Positions 1 to 12,817 of a stretch of DNA of 64,000 bases are shown here, one piece after another. The notes under the pieces are model-generated. The model did not search any database, had not been told where the DNA came from, and saw only the letters and a list, made by a program, of their open reading frames with translations. Position 1 is the stretch's first letter; every line of letters starts with the position of its first letter. Both the position numbers and the translations under genes were made by a program. Location of the stretch: positions 558,001 through 622,000 of the forward strand of contig JBITNC010000001.1 of assembly GCA_050084985.1 (NCBI GenBank), written 5' to 3'. Origin of the DNA: Nageia nagi. Taxonomy: Eukaryota > Plantae > Pinophyta.

Positions 1-1163
1 CTTTTCTATTTTTTTAATTTTTCCATGATTTGATGGAGCTACACTTGTCCAATTTGCAAACTTGAAAGATCAATCTTCTGTATAATTCCATCCTCTATGC
101 TCTCATGCTCAAAAATTTTGAATTTGAATAAAATGAGGCCCTTCAAATCCTAGGCATAGGTTTTCAAGTTTTTCTATTGCTTGAGAAAAGTTAGTAAACT
201 TAAAAAACATGGGTCTACATCCTATGAACCAATTTTATCTCTCTTTTTTTTCAATTTTTCCAAGGTGAATGTGCTTATATTTTCTTAGTCTTCATACTTA
301 TGTCTTCAATTTTCTTATCTAAATTTTGAGAAATTTTGGTGCATTTTCATAGCTATCCTTAATTTCTCTTTTCTATTTTTTCTCTCTAGGGAGGTGTGTT
401 TCTTTAATTTGAGGTGAAATACTTTCCCAATTGAAATGATTAAAAGAACAATTTGATGTAGAATCTAATTTTGCACACTCCCATGCTTGAAATTTCATAT
501 TTTGAGTAAATTTAGGCACACCTTTTCCTAGACATAGGATTTCAAAGTTTTCCCAAGCTTGAGAAAATGTAGAGAACCTTGAAAATGTGTGCCTAACTTG
601 CCTTATCATAGTTTTGTTTATTTTTTAAATTTCCAAGGCTAAACCTTAATATTTTTGCAAGGGATTCAAAAGGATATAATTACATTTATTTTCCAACTTG
701 TGTAAAAAATAAAAATTCCATGTAATATTAATTCCACATTTCTTGGAGGCCTTAAGATCTCAATCTCTTCACTTGGCCCCCGATGGAGCATCTATGGTCA
801 AAATTGAAAATTTTTAATTCTAAAAGTGCTTAAATTTGGATTATCCATAACCCTATACCATCAAAATCATCAATTAATCTAAATCTATATCATGAATCTA
901 CCATTGCAGGCACCTACTTGGTCACTTGATCATCCTAGATGAACCTTGGTTTGGTGCTTGATCATATTGAATTCTCTATTGAGCCTTCATTGAATAATTT
1001 CCTCATATCATCCATGATAATATTCCTTGATAATGCCTTTGAATTATCTCTTAATCCATTTGTACCATCTCATCTTATGATCCATGTCCATCCTAGATCA
1101 CCAAATTTGCAAAAATGGGTCCCCAAAATGTTGCATCTTGGGGTGTATTGTGTAGGCACAATA
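1..1163 (-). mobile_element. Partial large Gypsy LTR (U3 end), runs off the left edge of the window
   Basis: The reverse complement from 1163 reads TATTGTGCCTACACAATACACCCCAAGATGCAACATTTTGGGGACCC, the same terminal motif as the TSD-confirmed solo LTR ending at 50558 and the LTRs at 34124, 43352 and 58040. Degenerate internal repeats are present (151 vs 529). Confidence 0.7.
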
Positions 1164-1689
1164 GATATCATATACACAGACTTCAAGGAAATGATTCTTT
1201 ATTGAATTTAAAATGATTATTATTTCATTATTTCATGGAAATGACTAAAGTTAAACTAGTTTCATTGTATTGTAACAAATATGCTTATTATTTCATGCAA
1301 TTATGTTCTTATGCATAATAATGCATCTAATCATGATTTTTTAATTTATTTTTGACATTATAGAGAAAAGAGGGATAATTATTTATATTTAAAACAAATA
1401 CACTTCTCTATTTTAAATATTTTGATATAAATAATAATATATGTTTTTTATTTTGATATTATTTATGATATATTATCTTATCATGTTGACATGCAAATTA
1501 TCTCATGTTATTTTCTTCTTTTATGGTATAAGGATCAATAGAGCACTAAGAGAGCTAGCTTGGGGCAAGATGAGACTATCCTATTAAAAAAGAGGAGAAT
1601 AAATCATATATCATATCATATCTTGGTCTTGAGAGTGCTCATAATACTTTTCTTACTTGTATCTTTTGGTACTACCTATCAAGACTACT

Positions 1690-3900
1690 CATATCCAAGA
1701 CCAAATGTTCTCTTAATTTATCTTAAATTTGTAGGGAAATATAATATACCTTCTTCATTCCTACCTAAACCTTTTCACTTAAATAATATTTTTGTAAGCA
1801 ATTATTCAATGAAATTAGTATACATATTTACCTCATATAGATGCAAATTCACTTTATTCTTTTTGGCTTCTATTTTAGACAATTCTAGTTCATATTCTTA
1901 TGCTTTCTTAGGGACTAAAATAGGTGGTTACTTCAATTTCAAATATTTACATAAAATACTTTCTCCTTATATAATATCTTCATTCTCAACCTCTTCCATA
2001 TGTTGATGCCTCAAGGTGCATTGGTGTACTACTTCTGACAAAAGAAAATCTTAATTTCTAAAGCTTTACAATATACCAACATCATCAAAGTGATACATAC
2101 CAAAATCAACCTCTATGATAATATCTAATTCTTATACTTTTATTTATTGTACTATTTTAGTAATAGGAACTATGTTTCCTTGTACAAGATGCACAAGCTC
2201 AAATAGTTTTTCATCTACCCTAATGGTAATAGTATATCCTCCATTATCAAACTTTAGGCACCTATGCAAAGTAGATGAAACTATCTTCATGTGATACAAT
2301 CATGGACTTCTTGGTAGTAAGTTATACAAAAGATTAACTTGGAACATATAACACTTGATATTCATTATTTTAGGCCCTATCTAAATTGGCAATGTAACTA
2401 CTCCTATACATTGCTTTTCAAAACTATCAAACTCTTTAATCATCATGTTATTTTTCTTGATTCAACTTAATGCTTGAAGAAACTTTTACAATAAATCTAT
2501 GGAGCATATATTCATATTTTTAATACCTTATGTTATTTATTTTCAATAACTTTCTAAATATTTTTACTTCTATATACAATGTTAGATATTTTTCCACTAC
2601 ATCACCATTAGGAATCTTCTCATCTTTAAAACCAACCATATTTACTTAAGGACTAGACTCTAATAATTCTAAAAATTACTAATAGAGACATTGGCATCTA
2701 CCTAATTGTTTCTTAAAACGCCCATAAAATCATCTCTATAAGCTTTAAATTATTACAACAATTCCAATAAACTTATTTTTGCAAGATTTATTTGAAGTTA
2801 ATATTTAATGTTAAATGTTTAAGGTTCCTTCAACAATTATATCTCTAGCCCATGGCAAGATGTATGGGTCCTTTAGGTCTTCCATGTTATGCATTGGTGT
2901 ACAAATCCTCTATAAAAATAATATTCACTTTGTTGGTTCTAATGGACCTACTTCTTTTGTTATGTAGGTCACCTTACCTTCATCTAATTATTTATGAAGC
3001 TACTTTCTCAATATAGTGCAATCATTGGTTTCGTGTCCTTTAACTTAATCATACACACAATAAGACTGAGCATCATACTAATCATGTTTAGGATCATTCT
3101 CTTACAATTATTTTGTAGGTGTTGCATGAATCAAATATTTTTTTGCATGATCTCTATACATGATGTATTCATCCACAAACAAATTAAATATACTATCTTT
3201 TGAATATAATTGGATTGGATTTTGATTTTCTTTAGGCCTATCAACTGCAATAACTTGCTTGGATTCTTTTTTGAGATAAATTTTATTTACATCTTTTGAA
3301 GTAGCTACATACTTTGAGTCTCCAATTTCTACTGATACTTTATCTTTGCAAAGTTTTTTGTAAGTCATATCCTTGGAATATAGATCCATGTAATCAATAA
3401 CTTCTATTTTAAGATAGGAATGATGTTATCTATAAACATGAAAGTGGCTTATTTTTCTTCCATTTTCCCTACCATCATGCTTCAAAAATTTTGAAACCTT
3501 TTTACGATATTATCTAATATTTCATGAAGCTTTTGGAACATATTAACAAATTGCTCATAAAATTAATAAATGCTTGAGGAAGTATAAAATACCACTTTAA
3601 TGGATCTCCCTTCAATTTCATAGGGCAATACTTGTCCATAAAATTATGATTCACCCCAAACTTCAACTCAAACTTCATTTTAAAGAACCTCACATAATGC
3701 ATAGGATATCCTTCACCTACATACATCTCAAATATTAACTACTCATTTTAGTGCTTAAGGATTATCGTATTGTAATATCAATATAAAAAGGGCTTGAATC
3801 CTTAACAACATTGAATGCTTTATCTCCCTTTATCTAACCTTTAAGGTCCTCAACTTGCTTTGGAAAATCTTCTCATGGAGTGGAAGCCCCACTTTCATTG
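1690..3900 (-). pseudogene. Decayed Gypsy gag - aspartic protease - G-patch coding region
   Basis: Minus-strand translation gives a gag-like segment (YVGEGYPMHYVRFF...KLKGDPLKWYFILP, 3514-3726), a protease C-terminus (YNLLPRSP*LYHMKIVSSTLHRCLKF, ~2210-2450) and a G-patch (LLTKILFK*KGLGRNEEGILYF...RTFGLGY, ~1690-1803). Many stops. Confidence 0.7.
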
Positions 3901-4074
3901 CTATTGTTACATTGATGCCTTTGCTCAATAAAATTCATGAATGCTTAAAAATTTTCAAATGTTGTTTTTATCTTGGGATTCATTTTTGAAACACTTTATA
4001 TTACAATATTAGTCCTATCCAAAAACCCTATATTTTTTAATACAACTAGTGGAAACAAGTCGCAGTGTAAAAAT

Positions 4075-4900
4075 GTTGGATTCACCAATTTGTTGATAGA
4101 AAAAATTGATTTAATTATATTTAAAACCAATTAATTTAAAATTAATTATAATAAATAATAAAGATAATAAAATAACAATAAATGAAAATTTTAATACACT
4201 AGATCTAGCTCTTGACATAATAAAATCTGAATATAAATTATTACAAACATATTGTTTGCTTTCATTATATCAATTGCAACCTAGAATTGACCTTCATAGG
4301 ATCTAGATGAATCACTCCCCACATTAGAACCTCCTTTTGTGCCATGTATAGTGCATTGACCTATAATAGAGCATTGATGCATAATAATTTATCGTTATAC
4401 GATTGTCCACCCTCAAGTCCTTTGAATTCATGTTCATCATCAAGGTCACTTATTAAGCTTATCAAACCTAAATACAATAGTATGAATAAGGAATGCAATA
4501 ATAAATTAGGGCATAAATACAAACTTTATAGGTGACATCAAGTGAAACTAAGCATATAATGTAATATAATTAATCACAATCTAGATATGATCAATGTCAC
4601 ATAATTCTTCCCTTAAATAAATGAGAGGTTCCACCATTGGCCAAGACACCTTGTTATCTAATGTTCCTTGGACCTATCACTAAAAGGATATAAAGGAGGG
4701 AAATTTCACTTTATTCTATAAATATAAAAAAATAAATAATTAATTTAATTTAATAGTTATATACATAAAATATGATTTTTAATTAAATAAAAATTGAATT
4801 TATGAGTTAACATGCAAGGAGAGTATAATTCCCCATGGTTGGTTTGAAATTATGGCACACATTTTTGGATGATGCATTTTCTTGATTTTAAATGAGTACA
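4075..4900 (-). mobile_element. Probable 5' LTR remnant of the gag-PR-G-patch element
   Basis: TGTTGG at 4075 (CCAACA end on the minus strand) lies directly upstream of the gag region, and the sequence is LTR-like and AT-rich. The far boundary could not be fixed. Confidence 0.3.
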
Positions 4901-5794
4901 TTAAAGTTCTTTATTGAATACAAAAGATAATTCAACTTATTTCCTAATTAATTATTGATAATATTAAGAATGGATACTTACCTATTTTCAACATAACCAT
5001 ATACCATGAGAGTATATTGTAATGAGATTCTAACTAATAGATGAATTGAAATTGTTATTATTTCCTCTTCCATTATTTTTTATCTTTTTTCTTCTTCTTA
5101 TTGTTCTTAATCTTATTCAATTGCATTACTTATGCATAATATGGTGCATTTGTATCCTTCATTATATTTGAATCACATCCAAAGAAAATTGATTTAGCTC
5201 TACATTCTTCCACGTTTCTTCTTAACCTCCAAATTATTTTCTCTTCTCCTTATACTTTCCACAATTTTTTTAAGGGTGGTTGGTATTTGGTTCCAAGTTT
5301 TGCTTCAATATTTTTTACTTTGATAAGTGGTTCTTTCCAAGTTTGAGGTTCAAACATATTACTTCCCAGTATTCTCCATGAGTCTTTAAAGAAATGGGGA
5401 CAATATTGACTCCCTTTTAACATTATACATTATATTAACTAATTTGATAAATTGAGAATTAATTTATTCCATGAAACTTGTCTATCAAGGAAAATTTAAT
5501 GGATGAATTAGCGAATCAAGGATATAATTATGAATTTTCACTTTTTGATTTGGCTAGTATAGGGCATGGTGGGTCCAACCTTAGCACCAAAATTTTATAA
5601 AAAAATATTATATTTTTAACCCATGTAGCCAACCTTTCAGTACAATTTCAAATATATTATCCCTTTTCCTAAACTTAATTTAGTTCATTCATCTTGAAAT
5701 TATATAAAAAAAAATCTCACCTAAATAGTCAATTATAGGTCAACATATATATACATATCAAAATCTCCCATTTGGATGATACCATGCCATCAAA

Positions 5795-6590
5795 CCATAA
5801 CATTGAAACTATATTTCATCTATAGCTAGGTTGAAAGCATTTTCCTTGCATCTAGGTTGAAAGCATTTCCTCTATTTTTCAAGTTGAAAGCATTTCCTCT
5901 GCTTCTAGGTTAGAACCATATTCTCTACAATTGGGTCAAGAGCATTTCCTCTGCAACTAGATAGGGATAATTTCCTCTATAACTAGGTAGGGAGCATTTC
6001 CTCTATAGTTAGGTAGGGAGCATTTCCTCTATAGCTAAGTAGGGAACATTTATTTTACAACCAAGTAGGGAGCATTTCCTCTACAGCTGGGTAGGGAGCA
6101 TCTCCTCTACATTTGGGTAGAGAGAATTTTTTCTACAGTCAGGTAGGGAGCATTTCCATTGCACTCAAGTAGGGAGCATTTCTTCTACAATTAGGTAGGG
6201 AGCATTTTCTCTAAACCAAGGTAGGGATCATTTCTTCTACAACTGAGTAGGGAGCATTTCCTCTACACTTGGGTAGGGAGCATTTCTTTTGCAACCAAGT
6301 AGGGAGCATTTTCTTTGCATTCAAGTAGAGAGAATTTCTTCTACAACTAGCTTTGTAGCTAGCTAGGGAGCATTTCCTTTGTAGTTAGGTAGGGAGCATT
6401 TCCTTTGTAGTCAAGTAGGGATCATTTCTTCTACATTCAGGTAGGGAGCATTTCCTTTACAACCAAGTAGGGAGCATTTCCTTTGCAAGTGAGTAGGGAT
6501 CATTTCCTCTACAGAGGGTAGGGAGAATTTCATCTGCAACCAAGTAGGGAACATTTCTTTGGCATTTGAGTCGGGAGCATTTTCCTACAT
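5795..6590. repeat. 26-bp minisatellite, ~30 copies (consensus GTAGGGAGCATTTCCTCTACANYYAG)
   Basis: GTAGGGAGCATTT recurs with a 26-bp period (e.g. 5987, 6013). The first copies are a GTTGAAAGCATTT variant. Confidence 0.92.
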
Positions 6591-6596
6591 ATAGTA

Positions 6597-7206
6597 TGTA
6601 ACTTCAAATGTATGCTTAGGGCTTATTTTTTGAGCAAAATGGATCATGTAACCACTCATTGGAAAGAGTTTTTTATGATCTTTCCAATGGTGTATCATTT
6701 TTACCCATTGTATATCTATAGAAAAATTTATGGACAATTGTGTATAATTTGAAGCTTAAAAAATACATCAACCATTTTCAAAAGGCCATAATGTTTTCTA
6801 GAGATATCTAATGGGTGAAATGATACACCATTAGAAAGTTCATAAAAAACCCTTTCCAACTAGTGGTTACATGAACCATTTTTCTTGAAAAATAAGTCTA
6901 AAGCATGGATTTGAATTTTCCTACTAGAGCATCAGTTGCATTTTCCTATAGTCAATTTGACTGCATTTTTCTACATCAGGTAGGAAACTTCAAATCAATT
7001 CTTTAGACTCATTTTTTTAGCAAAATGGGTCATGTAACCACTCATTGAAAAATATTTTCATAAACTTTCCAATGGTGTATCATTCCCCCCATTAGATGTA
7101 TCTAGAAAAAGTTATGGCCTTTTGAAAATGGTTGTTCTATTTTTCAAGCTTCAAATTATACACCATTGCCCATAACTTTTTCTACAAACATCTAATGGGT
7201 AAAAAA
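6597..7206. repeat. Two opposed copies of a ~325-bp palindromic (MITE/foldback-like) unit
   Basis: Arm 6597-6733 and arm 6786-6924 are inverted copies. 6980-7206 is the reverse complement of ~6698-6924. Confidence 0.85.
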
Positions 7207-8706
7207 CATTCTATAGATGTTTGAGTTACAAACTTTTCACCAATTTTTTACTTCTTTTTTTTTAATTTATATAAAAATTGCCTACCTATTTATCATATTA
7301 CCATCAATTTGCCATCATTTCTAAATAAGTTTTTGGGAGATTCACTAGGATTTTATATGTCAGTTTAGGAGGGGGTCTTAAAATTTACCCTGTTGTCTAT
7401 ATATAATTAAATAATTATATATGTTCCATTATTAAAATGAAAAACATTTATACAATCCATTTTTGGAGTCCTTCACAATATTTCAACTTCAAACAAATAA
7501 CTTATCAAGCATATATTCCCAATTATGTGAGTGCTACAAGTACCCTTTTTGTTATGAAATATTATAGAGAGTAAATTTTTACTTTATTTATTTAAGCCAC
7601 TATTCTTTCAAGTGAGAGGGAACACAAAGAATTATAAGGAACATTATAACTCCTTTAATCCTTAAAGTGTCTCATTAGCTTCAAAATCAAATTTACTAGA
7701 GGAGTCATACATTTCCTTGTATAATCATATTTAGGAGTTATTACAATTTCTTTTATGATTATTTTCCTCTCTAATTATATATGTTCTTCATCCTTGATGG
7801 CCTTTCTTTCTTTTATGATTATTTTCCTTCTACAAATATTTTTCATATGTTTTTGCATTTTCTTCATTTGTTACCTTTGCACCATTGTTATTATTTGACA
7901 TAGATATTATTGCTACATTCATGGGTTGTGGGTGTAAATTATTTGGATTTTTTGAAGGGGTTTCTATTTATTTATCATGATCTCCTCATTAAAATAGTTG
8001 TCTGGATGTCAATGATCTTTCCCAACATGTCTTATTAGTAAGGTCCTTTCCTTCCACCAAGTATCTTAGATCTAGGCCTACCAAAGATGTTTCCAAAGAT
8101 ACATTAAGTTACAATAATTTTCAAATGGTAAATTAAATAGCATAGGTTTTTTAGTGTATTGTCTTGAATCTAGGGATAGTTCAAATCTATTGGGATGTTG
8201 TTAAATATGCATATCGTTATCACTTCCTTAATGGGAAAAGTCTCTTGATGAACAATTTGGGGGTATATACTCATTTTTACCCTATTATGGATGTGAAAAC
8301 TTCCATGGTTTGAAAAAAATTACAAAAAAATACGTAATTTTAGCTTTTATGTTGTATACAAATTTTTTAATTAAGATTGTAATATATGTAAATTTTAATA
8401 TCATAATCAATATAATCAACTAGTTAATAATAAAATACCATTTACATTTTCCAAATATAGATTGATAGGATGATAAAAGTTTGTAATAAATGAAAATGAA
8501 AAATTCCAATATTTACTTCCATTTCAAGGGATAGGTCTCCTAAATATTCAAAGATATAAATTCATAATTATCCCCATAGTAATATCCCTTATGCCTATTT
8601 TTAAGTAAATATAACTAAGGCACTAATTCATATGTTCCATAACTAACTATCCATATGATCAGGATAGATCCAATGAAATTAAAAATATATACACATGATT
8701 AACTCA

Positions 8707-8953
8707 TGTTAGGGGAGTTGGAAAAATAAGTGAATATGAAAACTATCAAATATTAAAAGGAGAGATCTAGGTTCAAATATCCCTTTTTCAAATGTAGATG
8801 ATATGTAAAATTTGGTTGAAGGTTATTAGGCTTATTGATGTGGATAAGGTTGGGTGTGACTCCTAAGTGAATTTAATGGAAGAGAACTTAATTAATACAT
8901 AATCTAATTCCATGTAATAAATATATAAGGGTGTACCTTTGACAAAAAAAAAA
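8707..8953 (+). mobile_element. tRNA-derived SINE, decayed copy 1
   Basis: Starts TGTTAGGGGAGTTG, has a B-box-like GGTTCAAAT at ~8770 and ends in poly(A) at 8944-8953. The head is homologous to the copy at 37742-37942. Confidence 0.6.
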
Positions 8954-9949
8954 TTATGTACATGATAATCACATTCCATATCTTCTAACTTATTGAAATA
9001 TCCTTATACATGCTAAAAATTTCCTTTATCAGTCAAGAAAGATAATTAAGTTTGTAGAAAAATCATGGGTGTACAAGAGCCTTGGTAGGGGCCCTTTACC
9101 ATGGGAGAAAAAAGAAATATTAATGTTTTTAGTGTTTTTCTAAAAGGCTTATGTAAGTGGACAATGAAAGTTGAGAAAAGAAAAAGTAAGGGTTAATTCA
9201 TAGCATGTATCTAGTACCTTCTCAATAGGAAGTTATAAAGTAAGAACATATTAACGATATAAAATTTTGATTTAATTCATTTCTTTCCCACTTGAATTAG
9301 TAATGTGATTACTTTTATTTTTCTTATGTATGTATTACCAAAACCAATATGTATATTTATACCTTTTCATGTAGTTCTATATTTGAACCCAATTTCTTGA
9401 GAAATTTGATCCATGAATTCTAATACCAAGATAACCAAAAAAAGATTGCAATTTTATTATAAATCTTAATTTTATCATAAATCATATTTAAATACATAAA
9501 TGATATATAGTTATCTTCAGATAAATTTTGACAAATCTTATAGATAATTGAGTTTAAATGATGTTAAAAGACATCATCATCATCATTATCACTTAAAACC
9601 CTTTTGTAAGAGTTAATTTTCCTATGGGATTCATTTGACAATCTCGATGAAAATAATAATCATCAATGTTTTATTGCTAGCAATTATCAACCACTATACA
9701 TTCCTTAAGATCCTGGAAGATATAGTTGAAATATTTAGCATCATGGTTGATTTTGGTATTGGTGCAATACTTTACAACAAATTAAAAGAAAAGAAAAAAG
9801 AGTGATGGAAAAATGTTGAAGAGATCTTATCATTTTTTATTAAGTTAGGATGTTATGACATCAAACTCAATATACAATCACTAGGTGTAAAACCTAATCA
9901 TAAATACCATCTCCATCTTCCACCTTTGTGATGACCCTATTATGAAATA

Positions 9950-11578
9950 GAGGATTGTTTTAGTATATAGGAAAATATGATAGAGGTACTACAAGCAATT
10001 ATTATGACCACATAATATTCAAACATGCTAAGGTAACCAAAAAAAACAAAGAGAAAAACTAACAATGGAGAAGTCTTACTTGGATTTGATTTCTAGGTTT
10101 CAAAGTAGAGCATAGAGATGATATAGGAAATCATGGAAAAAATATATAAGAGAAAGGTGGATTTGATTTGCAGTTCAACAAATATAGGAGTCACTCCATA
10201 AGGTGGTATGGATTATATAACTTCTTACATTAACATTAGACAAGCCTATTATTAAAGACTTTATGACACATTGGGAGAGTAGAAGATCCTAACATGTAAA
10301 TTATTGGGTATTAGGTTGACTTCAAAAAAATAAAAATGTATTTACAAATTCATGATGGAAGCACATTTTGATTCTATAAAATATTAATGAAAAAAAATAT
10401 AATAAGGAACATACCTGTGCATAGTTCAAGTATTAGTGAATCTTCTAAAAGATCTGAGACATCTTTAAGTTTAGGAAAGGAGAATGCAACAAAACTAGGT
10501 TAGGGGCATAAGGAAAGAGTTACACTCTTGGAATCTATAGTTGGCACATTGATTGCAAGGGAGACTAGGAGTATGATTAAAAATAAAAAAGCTAAAACTG
10601 GTCCCAAGCAAAAAGGGGATTGTATAGATGCCAGTTTCATGGGGAACAATAGTGCCTCTAAAGAAGAGCTTAGTCAAGGATTCCAAGGAGAAAGGGGATT
10701 TGATGGGAGAAATTAGACCCAACTCTTCTTTCAAGAAGAGTGATATCCAAATGATCAATTTGGAGAGTAGATAACCCTAGCAAAATTTAGAATAAGAGAG
10801 ATTGGTTATCTCCTATATAGAACAAAAACTATCACTAAGGAGCCAGATTAGGAGCAACATCAACCAAAGTCAATTATAGAGACTTATGAAGCTAGTGAGA
10901 AGGAAACTATGGAGGCAGTTGAGAAGACTAAAATAATCATCCCCATATCAGAGAAGGCTATGAGAAGAAAACCAAGGAAAAATTTAAGTAACAAAATTCA
11001 TAATGAAATGTTTGCTGAAGCAATTAGTAGGAAAGGGAACACATTATTATATTTGAGGAACTTGGCCCGAATGTAAGCTTTAAAGAAGTAATGCTTAAGA
11101 AAACCTACATCATGTTCTATAAAATTAATTTTGAAGAGAAAAGTTTATTGGCTAATAACTAGAGTAACATCAAGATAGAGAAAAATGTATCAAATAACAT
11201 GGACCAGTGTTTTAAAGAAGATAAGTGTTAAGATAGAATGTGTTGTCTAACCAAATGGTGTTACAAGTTTCTTGTGGTTTCGCCTTCTAGATACTATGTG
11301 GTAGTAAGCTATAGTAGCAAATAGTAGTTGAAATTTTTACTAATCCTTCTATAATACCTAGCCTCTTCATAGGTTCTTGTTATGTTACTATGTATGTTTA
11401 ATAGAGTCTTTTGGTTTCTAATTTAATAGTTTTAAGTGACCCACTATGCATATGGATTCTTAGATAGTTGATATACAAGTGTAGTTGGACATTGTGTAAA
11501 AGGTTCAAGAAGATCCTTATAGACTTCCCCTTTTTTTATTAATACAAAATTAACCCATTAATTAAAAAGAAAAAACAT
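9950..11578 (+). mobile_element. Decayed L1-like LINE remnant (3' tail)
   Basis: Purine-rich, ORF1-like degenerate sequence followed by a tail GTAAAAGGTTC...CCCCTTTTTTTATTAATACAAAA...AAAAAGAAAAAA (11495-11578). No clear protein motif was recovered. Confidence 0.3.
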
Positions 11579-11923
11579 GAGCATAGTTCACTTCACTCAA
11601 GGATTTATAATCACTTAGTATTAGTCAATGATATATAATTTATCATATACATAACTTCAATAATATGAAGGAGTTTGTGTTTTGGTATATCTTTGTAATT
11701 TTTTTTATTATTTGATGATGGTTTTCTTTGGTAGATAGATTAATGTGCTTACTTCATTTTTATGATTATTTAAGGTTTTCTAGACTAGTTTTCCTTTAAA
11801 ATCACCATGATTAAATTGAAATATCTATGTTGTAATGATGTGTTTGATTATATCAAAAAGTTACAAAAATAATGGACATTCTTCATTTTAGTTCCACCAT
11901 TGTAGTGAAGAATAAGGCTCCAT

Positions 11924-12130
11924 ATGGGGCTTGATATGATACAAAACTTTCATTGGTTATTTGAGTGTGTGTGTGTTTTTTGGTGTATACTCCAACAAGA
12001 TACAAAAGTTGGATTGAAATATACATGTATATTTGTAGGTTATTATGGAGCAAAACTAGCCTATAAATTATTTAAGCTCAAGACTAGGCAAATCATTATA
12101 TCCATGGATGTGAAATTTATTAGTGTGTAG
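11924..12130 (+). pseudogene. Copia integrase C-terminal (SH3-like) fragment
   Basis: LFECVCVF...CIFVGYYGAKLAYKLFKLKTRQIIISMDVKF matches the Copia FGC..CIFVGY..KAYRL...ISRDVKF motif. Confidence 0.65.
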
Positions 12131-12319
12131 AACACAATATAGTTAAAAGAGAGTTAATATGCATTGTCATCTAAGATAAGAATGAAGGAAAGAGGTTTTT
12201 ATAATCTCATTATGAAAAACAAAGCTACAATGACATCTTTTCTATGTGCTTATAAATATTTTTATAATTTCATGATATTGGCAAAATATGGCTTAAAATT
12301 AAAAAGGCTATTTTGGCAC

Positions 12320-12817
12320 TATTGGAATGTATAATGCATTATTGTAAAGGTTTTGTAATAATCTTCTATGTAAGTTCACTAATAATTAAGGGTATCATTT
12401 GATACCTTAAGTATTTAAGTGAATATGATAATGTAACTTGTCCTACAATCCATGTCATAAGTATGCCCCTTGGTATAATGATGTGCATGTCATGCTTTTG
12501 TACATTGGGTAAAAGGGTGATCTAAAGAGGGATTTTTGCCTATAAATAGAAGGCTCCCTCTTTGTGATGACATACCAATTGTGGAATAAAATTATGCTAT
12601 AGGATAGTGTTTAGGAGAAAAATGTAAGAGGATTATAAGAGTTCATATTTGTGATTGAAGTAAAGATTTAGTTAGTGGATGTACTCCTAGTTGGAGGAAC
12701 CACTTACATCTTGTGTTGTGTTGTGAGATTGCTTTATGAGTTTGTTAGATGTGAATTGTGAGCTTTCATGTGATCTTGGGATTTCAAATTTGTTCATGTT
12801 ATAATGCAATTCTCTCA
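12320..12817 (+). repeat. 5' LTR of Copia A
   Basis: Highly similar to 20089-20587. TATA (CTATAAATA) at ~12540. Ends CTCA just before the PBS. Confidence 0.92.

Noticed and set aside
5260-5545. Possible L1 RNase H tail (MDELANQG) and similar degenerate stretches at ~7950-8280 and ~37980-38420
   Set aside because: Too decayed to assign boundaries or identity with confidence.
5795-6590. CRISPR-like appearance of the 26-bp array
   Set aside because: The variable part is only ~6-8 bp and self-similar, there are no cas genes, and the context is eukaryotic. It is a minisatellite.
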